12,749 nt of DNA from Candidatus Bipolaricaulia bacterium. GTDB lineage: Bacteria; Bipolaricaulota; Bipolaricaulia; RBG-16-55-9. How positions within the stretch are numbered: the first letter of the stretch is position 1; each line of letters opens with the position of its first letter. The notes below the pieces were generated by a model that saw only the letters and a program-made list of their open reading frames with translations, had not been told where the DNA came from and made no database searches. The stretch covers positions 1-12,749 of the forward strand of contig JBDGQO010000044.1 of the NCBI GenBank assembly GCA_042219045.1, in the 5' to 3' direction. The position numbers were made by a program, and so were the translations under genes. Positions 7,097 to 12,749 of this stretch are shown here, in pieces.

Positions 7097-9514
7097 TTAC
7101 TGGACGTTGCTCATGAAGGCCCGCAGGCGCTCCCGAAACGCAGCGCGCTCAGTGGCCGACTGCAGGGGGCCCGTGCGGGCGATGGCCCGCTCGGTCCGAA
7201 TGATACGCAGCAGGAAGTCGTATCGGGCGTTGGCCTCGGCCAACCGGGCCTTCAGCACGACGTCCTGGGCATCGATCAGATCGAGCACGTCGGCGACGCC
7301 GGACGCGTAGGACTCCTGCACGAGCGAGAGGGTCTCAGTGGCGGCGCTCGTGGCCGCTTCGGCGTCGCGCAGGCTCTGGTACCCCGCGACGGCTTTCTCA
7401 GCGCGAGCGCGAATCTGCCGCGTGATCCGGTCGCGAAGCGCCTGGCGCCGGTGCCGGAGTTGGTTCAGCTGCGCACGGGACTTGTCCACTTTGGCGTCGC
7501 GCTGCAGCCCCGTGAACAGGGGAAAGCTCAGGGAGAGGCCCACATTCCAGTTTGAGTTGGGGGGCGAGGGAAGGCTGACCGAGGGCATCGGTACCGAGGG
7601 TCCGCTCGTCCCTGCCCCTCCTTCGAGCGCGTAGCTGTGCACGCCGCCCTGCAGCTTCAGGCTGGGGGCCCAAAAGGACCGCTGGCTCGCCTCCAGGCCC
7701 CGCTCGGCGGCCGCGATGCGCGCGTCGATGGCGTTCAGCTCAGGAGCCCGGGTGAGCCCTGCGTCCGTGAGGAAGGTGATGAGCCGGTCCTGCGACGCGG
7801 GCGTGTCCCCGTAGCGGGCAAATAGATCCGCGGTGAGCGTAAGCACGCTGTCCTGCGGGGAGAGCGGGGCCACCGTTACTGCACCGTCCAGCGGCTTGTC
7901 CACCACTTCTTGGAGCCGCGCCTTCGCCGCCTGTACCTGTGCCTTGGCCTCCAGCAGGGCCTGCCGCGTCTGGGCCACCTGGGTTTCGAAGCGGAGCACC
8001 GCGCGACGGCCCACCTGCCCCGAGGTTCGGCGGGCCTCGGCCAACTCGAGGTTTTCGCGGGCCAGGTCGAGATTCTTGCGCTGGGCACCGGCGACCGCTC
8101 GGGCGCGAAGCACCCCGACGTACGCCCCCCCGACCTGAAGGGCCACGTCTTTGTTGGACGTTTTGAGCTGCGCCTCTTCTGCTCGCTGCCGGCGCTCCGC
8201 AATGTCGAGCTCCGCGTACTCGCGCGGCGAGTACAGGGTCTGCGAGAAGGCGGCCGTGGCCGCTACGGACCGCTCGGGCTGGCTGCCAAAGCTGGCCTTC
8301 GCCTGCCCTTCGTTCACAGCGAGCGCCTCCGCTCCCACCTGCACTTGGGGAAGGAGGTCGGAGCGCTCAACTCGGATTTCTTCCCGCTGGGCCGCCACCC
8401 CGGCCCGGGCGGCCTCGAGGCGCGGATTCGACCGGACGCCGGTGCGGACCGCTTCGGCGTAGGTGAGCGAGTCGCACGCCTGCTCTCCGGAACGGCCCAG
8501 CAGGGTGGCCCGCAGCCGGGTCTCGGTGGTCAATTCGAGGCCGAGGCGCTCGGCCGTCGTCACGTTTATGACCGGCTCCTCGGTCGGGTTGAGCGCGGTC
8601 GTGAGCGAGTCGGCGGGCGCGTCCCGCAGCGCGCTGGCGGCATGGAGGGCCACCCGCCGCGACCGCTCCTCGGTCGTTGTAGCGTAGCGGGTCGCGAGGG
8701 CGCCCTGCGCGACCCACCGGCGCCCCCGGTGCACCACCGTGGGAATGCGCCGTGCGGTGAGCCCCGTGAGGAGGCGATCCCGCTCGGTGGGCGAGAGGGA
8801 CAGGGGCGTCAGGAGATACGCCGCGTCGGCGTCGGACGGAAGGGCGTTGAGCGTCGCCTCTGCCGTTCCGCCAACCGGCACGACGCGCCAGGACGACGTG
8901 GTCGAATCGTACGTGTTGACCACCTCTCGGAGAGGGCCGGCCAGCCCGGAGGCGCTGGGGGGCACCAGAATGACCGGCGAGGAATACGAGGTCAGCGAGC
9001 GCAGAACGTCCACGTTCCCGCGGATCAGCCCGGTGGCGGACACGGATCGGACGGGGGCGCCGCCCCCCGTGTCTTCGGACGGGGACGCTCGGCGGGCGGC
9101 GTCGCTCAGGACGTGGGCGGCCACGACGGGGACGGGGTGGGACGGTCCTCGTGCAGCCCGGTGGGAGGCCCGGAGGCCAATGGCGAGGATGAGATCCACC
9201 GGGGCCCGTGCCAGGCTATCGAAGGCTGCCTTCGGGCTGAGCGGTTCGCCCGTCGTGAGCGTCCAGCGACTCGGGTAGCGAATCTCCAGGTCCGAGTCCG
9301 TGACGACCTGCAGTTCCCGCTTGACGCCCGACAGGGTTTCGGCGTAGGTGCCCGGCGGTCCATCGAGCACGATGCCCACCGTCGCCGTCGGGCGGTCGCC
9401 CGCGGCGTTCGGGTCCTCATTCAGCGCCCCCTGTCCGGCGGCGGGAGCGGCGAATGCGAGGAGGAGAAGTCCAACGGCTCCAGCGGCGGCGGTCCTGAGC
9501 TGGCCAACGGTCAT
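7097..9514 (-). CDS. TolC-family outer membrane factor with N-terminal ABC-type substrate-binding-like domain
   Basis: 805 aa; signal peptide ending APAAG|Q. Residues ~43-340 look like a periplasmic binding protein ('TVGIVLDG', 'VDLILAIG', 'VPVVAA', 'EPVINVTTAERLGLEL'). Residues ~345-805 contain two OEP repeats ('NPRLEAAR...LLPQV', 'APELNA...FWAPSL', 'NWNVGLSLSFPLFTG', 'YASGVADVLDLIDAQ'). Confidence 0.9.
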   Translation of the reverse strand: MTVGQLRTAAAGAVGLLLLAFAAPAAGQGALNEDPNAAGDRPTATVGIVLDGPPGTYAETLSGVKRELQVVTDSDLEIRYPSRWTLTTGEPLSPKAAFDSLARAPVDLILAIGLRASHRAARGPSHPVPVVAAHVLSDAARRASPSEDTGGGAPVRSVSATGLIRGNVDVLRSLTSYSSPVILVPPSASGLAGPLREVVNTYDSTTSSWRVVPVGGTAEATLNALPSDADAAYLLTPLSLSPTERDRLLTGLTARRIPTVVHRGRRWVAQGALATRYATTTEERSRRVALHAASALRDAPADSLTTALNPTEEPVINVTTAERLGLELTTETRLRATLLGRSGEQACDSLTYAEAVRTGVRSNPRLEAARAGVAAQREEIRVERSDLLPQVQVGAEALAVNEGQAKASFGSQPERSVAATAAFSQTLYSPREYAELDIAERRQRAEEAQLKTSNKDVALQVGGAYVGVLRARAVAGAQRKNLDLARENLELAEARRTSGQVGRRAVLRFETQVAQTRQALLEAKAQVQAAKARLQEVVDKPLDGAVTVAPLSPQDSVLTLTADLFARYGDTPASQDRLITFLTDAGLTRAPELNAIDARIAAAERGLEASQRSFWAPSLKLQGGVHSYALEGGAGTSGPSVPMPSVSLPSPPNSNWNVGLSLSFPLFTGLQRDAKVDKSRAQLNQLRHRRQALRDRITRQIRARAEKAVAGYQSLRDAEAATSAATETLSLVQESYASGVADVLDLIDAQDVVLKARLAEANARYDFLLRIIRTERAIARTGPLQSATERAAFRERLRAFMSNVQ

Positions 9515-9635
9515 GGGACGAGGGTCACTTGTGAGAATCGATCGTGAGAAAATTGGGCGTCAGTCGTCACGTCGAGTCTGTCGACGTTTTGGAAACGGCC
9601 CGTCGCTGCGCTCATGTCGGTCCGTGCTCGCAGGG

Positions 9636-10226
9636 TCAATCGGAGCGGACCCCCTGGTACAGCACGTCGATGACGTCGGGGGCGGCCTCGGAGAAGTCGA
9701 CGCCCTCCGGGTCGAGGACCCACTGGAGAAGCACGCCCTCGTGGGCACCGAGCAGAACGGCGGGCGTGTGGGCGGGCAGGTCGTCCGGTACGTCCCCCCG
9801 CTCCTGAGCCTCGTCGAGCAACTGGCGGAGGAGCGCCCGGTACTCCGAATACAGCGCTCCGAAGTCGATTCCAAAGCGCTCCGGATCTTGCATCCCCGCC
9901 CCCCAAATGTCGAGCAGCACGCGGGCGAGCTCGTCGTCGCTCCCAAAGGTGTCGGAGGAGGCCTGCTGGAGCGCCCGGATTTTGTCCAGGGGCGGGCGGT
10001 CGCTCTCCATGATCTCGACCCGTCGGGCCTTTATTTCATTCATAAATCCCTCGAACACGGCGCCGAGGAGCTCCTCCTTGCGGTCGAAGTACGTGTAGAC
10101 GGTTCCCTTTGCGACCCCGGCCTCGTCGGCCACCTCCTCGACGACGGTGTTGTCGTAGCCGTTGCGGGCGAACACGCGGAGCGCGGCGTCTCGAATCTGG
10201 GTGCGGCGGTCGGAAGAATCAGGCAT
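9636..10226 (-). CDS. TetR/AcrR-family transcriptional regulator (TetR-A)
   Basis: 196 aa; HTH 'AALRVFARNGYDNTVVEEVADEAGVAKGTVYTYFDRKEELL'; palindromic operator 23 bp upstream of the ATG. Confidence 0.95.
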   Translation of the reverse strand: MPDSSDRRTQIRDAALRVFARNGYDNTVVEEVADEAGVAKGTVYTYFDRKEELLGAVFEGFMNEIKARRVEIMESDRPPLDKIRALQQASSDTFGSDDELARVLLDIWGAGMQDPERFGIDFGALYSEYRALLRQLLDEAQERGDVPDDLPAHTPAVLLGAHEGVLLQWVLDPEGVDFSEAAPDVIDVLYQGVRSD

Positions 10227-10249
10227 GGTTGGATATTTTGTTGTGAGTT

Positions 10250-10269
10250 TTGACTGACTGGTCAGTCAA
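10250..10269. promoter_or_regulatory. Palindromic operator TTGACTGAC-TG-GTCAGTCAA (putative TetR site, copy upstream of tetR-A)
   Basis: Perfect 9-2-9 inverted repeat 23 bp upstream of the tetR-A start. The 25-mer 10248..10272 is identical to 12214..12238. Confidence 0.85.
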
Positions 10270-10384
10270 TTCGTCCGGGTGCACGTCCGCTGTCGGGGAG
10301 ATGTTCAGAGGGATAATGTGAAGATTGAGTTTTCTACAATCGGCATTCTCCCACTCGCCTCCGACACAGCGCCCGAGCCGGTTC

Positions 10385-11560
10385 TCAGATCTCCGTCGAG
10401 AGGAAGTCCCGGTAGTAGTTTTCCACCCGCTCCTGTGAGTAGAACTTGACGGCCTGGTCCCGGAGCGCCCCCAGCAGCGAGCCGTGATCGAAGAGCGCAA
10501 AGGTGCCGAGCTGGCGGGACTTGTCCTGCACGGTGTCGACCCGATCGTAGCGCCGCGCCTCGTAGTGGTCCAGCGCCTGATGGAGGTACGCCGAGTCGGT
10601 CCGCGTGAGCTCGTCGGCAAGCACCGCGGCGGACTCCATCGCCATCGACGCTCCCACGCCGGCGGTAGGCAGGGGGGCGTGGGCCGCGTCCCCGACCAGT
10701 ACGACCCGCCCCTTCGTCCAGTCGTCCATCTGGAGGTCGTAGAAGTCGTCGTGCCACATCGCCTCGGGATCCGTGGTTTCCATCTCGTCCAGCACGTCCG
10801 GAATGAACCCGCCCATGCCGTCGAATCGCTCGCGGATGCGCGTCTTCCGCCGGTCGACCGGGTCGGGGGTTCCCTCGGGGGCCGTTGCGGCCAGGAAGCA
10901 CGCCAGTCCGTCCTGAGTCGGGTAGAGTCCCGCGAACCGGCCGGTGCCCCAGTGCTCCTTTGTGACGCCTTCCTCCACGAGCGACCGATCCACCCAGAAC
11001 GCCCAGCTGGTCATGCCCTGGTACGTCAGGGAGACGTCGCCGAACACGCGGCTGCGGACGGTTGAGTGGATGCCGTCGGCCCCCACCACGAGGTCGTACG
11101 TCGCGCTCGTGCCGTCGGTAAACGACACGTCCACCGCGCCCTCCCGCTGGTCAATTTCCCTCACCGTCGTGCCCATCCGGAGGTTCTCGGCGGAGACGTG
11201 GTCGCGAAGCACGTCGATGAGCCGGGGCCGCCAGATGATGTAGGGCCGGCCGTACTCCTCGGCCAGTGCACTCAGGTCGTAGCTGTGGAGGAGATCGCCG
11301 GCGCCATTCAAGAGCGTGTACGTGTCGAGCGGGTCGGCATGCGAGCGGAAGGCCTCGTACGCCCCGAGTCCCTTCAGGATGTTCGAGCCAGCCGGCCACA
11401 GCCCGAGCCCATATCCAATGCCGCCGTAGCCGTCGGCCTGTTCGACGACGTCCGGCGAGAAGCCGCGCTGTTCGAGCAGGCCAGCCAGGGTGAGCCCGGC
11501 GATACCACCGCCGACGATGAGAACTTCGAGGTCGTTGCCATATCGGACGTTGCCAGTCAT
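10385..11560 (-). CDS. FAD-dependent monooxygenase (group A; salicylate hydroxylase/UbiH-like, FAD_binding_3)
   Basis: GxGxxG 'LIVGGGIAG', DG motif 'LVVGADGIHSTVR', GD motif 'VVLVGDAAHAPLPTAGVGASMA'; 391 aa. Confidence 0.93.
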   Translation of the reverse strand: MTGNVRYGNDLEVLIVGGGIAGLTLAGLLEQRGFSPDVVEQADGYGGIGYGLGLWPAGSNILKGLGAYEAFRSHADPLDTYTLLNGAGDLLHSYDLSALAEEYGRPYIIWRPRLIDVLRDHVSAENLRMGTTVREIDQREGAVDVSFTDGTSATYDLVVGADGIHSTVRSRVFGDVSLTYQGMTSWAFWVDRSLVEEGVTKEHWGTGRFAGLYPTQDGLACFLAATAPEGTPDPVDRRKTRIRERFDGMGGFIPDVLDEMETTDPEAMWHDDFYDLQMDDWTKGRVVLVGDAAHAPLPTAGVGASMAMESAAVLADELTRTDSAYLHQALDHYEARRYDRVDTVQDKSRQLGTFALFDHGSLLGALRDQAVKFYSQERVENYYRDFLSTEI

Positions 11561-11619
11561 GGGTCCAGTGCAGGGGTTTGTGCGAATGAAAATGTGTAGA
11601 TGTCACAGACCTCTCGGCC

Positions 11620-12153
11620 TCAACCAGCCACGGAACGCGCTTGGGATCCGCCGTCGTCCGTCCACCGAGCCCGCAGGAAGTCGAGGGTATTCCCGACGAG
11701 ATTGAAGAAATAGATCCCTCGGATGTACGAGACGATGTCCGCCACCGTCGCCGTGTCGTAGGCTTCGCGGAGGGCCGCCCACGCGTCCGGGGCCGGGTTC
11801 TCGCTGGCCTCTGCGTACCGCCTCGCAAACCGGAGCGCGGGCCGTTCCCCCTCCCGGGCCGCGCGCTCAAGGCGTTGCTCGCGGAGATCCAGGATCGTCT
11901 CGTGAGGAACACCAGTCCGGGCGGCCTGGCCGGTGTGGACCCGGACGCAGTACCGGCACCCGTTGACCACGCTGACGGTGAGCATGATTTTCTCGCGGAG
12001 GACGGCGTCGACGTTGTCCCGGCGCTCCGCACGGACGACGCCTGGAATGCTCGTTACCAGACGCGAGAGGGCCGGCAGGGCCGTTCGCCACGTGAGTCGC
12101 TTCGGGTCCGCGTCCGTGTGGTCGTTGGTCGGGCTGTCGTCGTCGGAGAGCAT
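11620..12153 (-). CDS. Carboxymuconolactone decarboxylase / AhpD-like alkylhydroperoxidase family protein
   Basis: Signature 'LREKIMLTVSVVNGCRYCVRVH' (E...VS..NGCxxCxxxH); 177 aa. Confidence 0.88.
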   Translation of the reverse strand: MLSDDDSPTNDHTDADPKRLTWRTALPALSRLVTSIPGVVRAERRDNVDAVLREKIMLTVSVVNGCRYCVRVHTGQAARTGVPHETILDLREQRLERAAREGERPALRFARRYAEASENPAPDAWAALREAYDTATVADIVSYIRGIYFFNLVGNTLDFLRARWTDDGGSQARSVAG

Positions 12154-12215
12154 GGCGTTCTGGATCGGGTCTGTGAGCAGATTTCGCGGCAGGATGGAAA
12201 TCCCGGGGCCGTCTT

Positions 12216-12235
12216 TTGACTGACTGGTCAGTCAA
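12216..12235. promoter_or_regulatory. Palindromic operator TTGACTGAC-TG-GTCAGTCAA (putative TetR site, copy upstream of ahpD-like gene)
   Basis: Perfect 9-2-9 inverted repeat 62 bp upstream of the ATG at 12153; identical to the site at 10250..10269. Confidence 0.85.
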
Positions 12236-12630
12236 TTCACGTGCTTGCATGATTGGGCCCAGAAAAATGTTCGACGGAAAAAATGAAGAATTGAACAACG
12301 TTTGGCTGGCCTCTGTCCCGCCTCATCTGTTGGGGAGATCCCAGACAAGACGAGTCATGCTGGGGCGGGTTGACGGTATTTCCGGCGCGACGTCGAGTCC
12401 CCCGTTGCAGTCGAGATCCCATTTCCAGAGGTGCGCCCGCGCCGATCACGCTGCGCGGCGCGTCTCGTGTGAGCAGAGGATGAGGCCAGAGGAGACGCCC
12501 GAGCACCGTTCTTCGATGGAGCATGCGATATCTGGCCGACTCGAACCGACGGAGTGCACTGATTCGCCGCCTGCTCCCCCGCGACGAAGTGACCTCGAAG
12601 GGAGTGAGTAGGCGGAGCACCCTGTAAATT

Positions 12631-12649
12631 ATTAAGAAAAAGTTAAGAA
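12631..12649. promoter_or_regulatory. TTAAGAA direct repeat with 11-bp period (possible winged-helix response-regulator box)
   Basis: ATTAAG-aaaaa-GTTAAG in an AT-rich patch of an otherwise GC-rich window. Confidence 0.35.
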
Positions 12650-12669
12650 CGATGATATTTCGTTTATGA

Positions 12670-12714
12670 TTGACAGTGTGTCAAAACATCTCGTCGTTGA
12701 CACTGTGTCAACGA
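12670..12714. promoter_or_regulatory. Tandem palindromic sites TTGACA-(G/C)TG-TGTCAA
   Basis: TTGACAGTGTGTCAA at 12670..12684 and TTGACACTGTGTCAA at 12697..12711. The second extends to a perfect 10-1-10 palindrome TCGTTGACAC-T-GTGTCAACGA (12694..12714). Confidence 0.7.
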
Positions 12715-12749
12715 GCGACACAGAACGGAGGGGGCTCCCCGCTGCCGGG

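Noticed and set aside
9569..9590. ACGTCGA-N5-TCGACGT inverted repeat followed by TTT on the plus strand
   Set aside because: Short stem built from a common TCGA word, and the T-run faces away from the operon direction; not supportable as a terminator.
10264..10269. TTGACT within the operator (minus strand) as a sigma70 -35 box
   Set aside because: No convincing -10 hexamer at 16-18 bp spacing shared by both copies.
10385..11560. Calling the monooxygenase a tetracycline destructase (TetX/Tet(47-56)-like) because of the adjacent TetR and efflux genes
   Set aside because: Only general group A monooxygenase motifs are visible; substrate cannot be assigned without phylogeny and assay.
10248..12238. 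Reading the two identical 25-mers as CRISPR repeats, att sites or IS ends
   Set aside because: Only two copies about 2 kb apart, each upstream of a start codon, with no cas, integrase or transposase gene; a repressor operator is the simpler explanation.
12567..12615. Imperfect hairpin CCGCCTGCTC...GAGTAGGCGG
   Set aside because: Large loop, no U-tract, no recognisable ncRNA or riboswitch consensus; plausible by chance in GC-rich DNA.
12216..12620. ORFs 12216..12611 (+) and 12237..12620 (-) in the right-hand gap
   Set aside because: No recognisable domain, atypical composition, and they overlap the operator cassette. Treated as non-coding, though a decayed gene remnant cannot be excluded.

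Overview
GC-rich bacterial DNA. Acidic proteins and starts lacking Shine-Dalgarno sites suggest a Salinibacter/Rhodothermota-like halophile (inference). All real genes are on the minus strand and form one co-oriented, TetR-controlled detoxification/efflux cluster. In transcription order (right to left): operator/promoter cassette 1, AhpD/CMD-family CxxC protein, group A flavin monooxygenase, operator/promoter cassette 2, TetR-A, TolC-family channel fused to an N-terminal ABC-type substrate-binding domain, RND membrane-fusion lipoprotein, RND permease, cNMP-domain/thioredoxin-reductase-like fusion lacking CxxC, TetR-B (about 68% identical to TetR-A), and the 5' end of a second TolC-family gene that runs off the left edge and is missing from the ORF track. 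An identical 25-bp palindromic operator sits inside a duplicated ~80-bp upstream cassette. The right end carries a different pair of palindromic sites plus a TTAAG direct repeat, probably controlling a locus outside the window. No RNA genes, CRISPR arrays or mobile-element genes were seen. Family calls rest on motif recognition by eye, not database searches.
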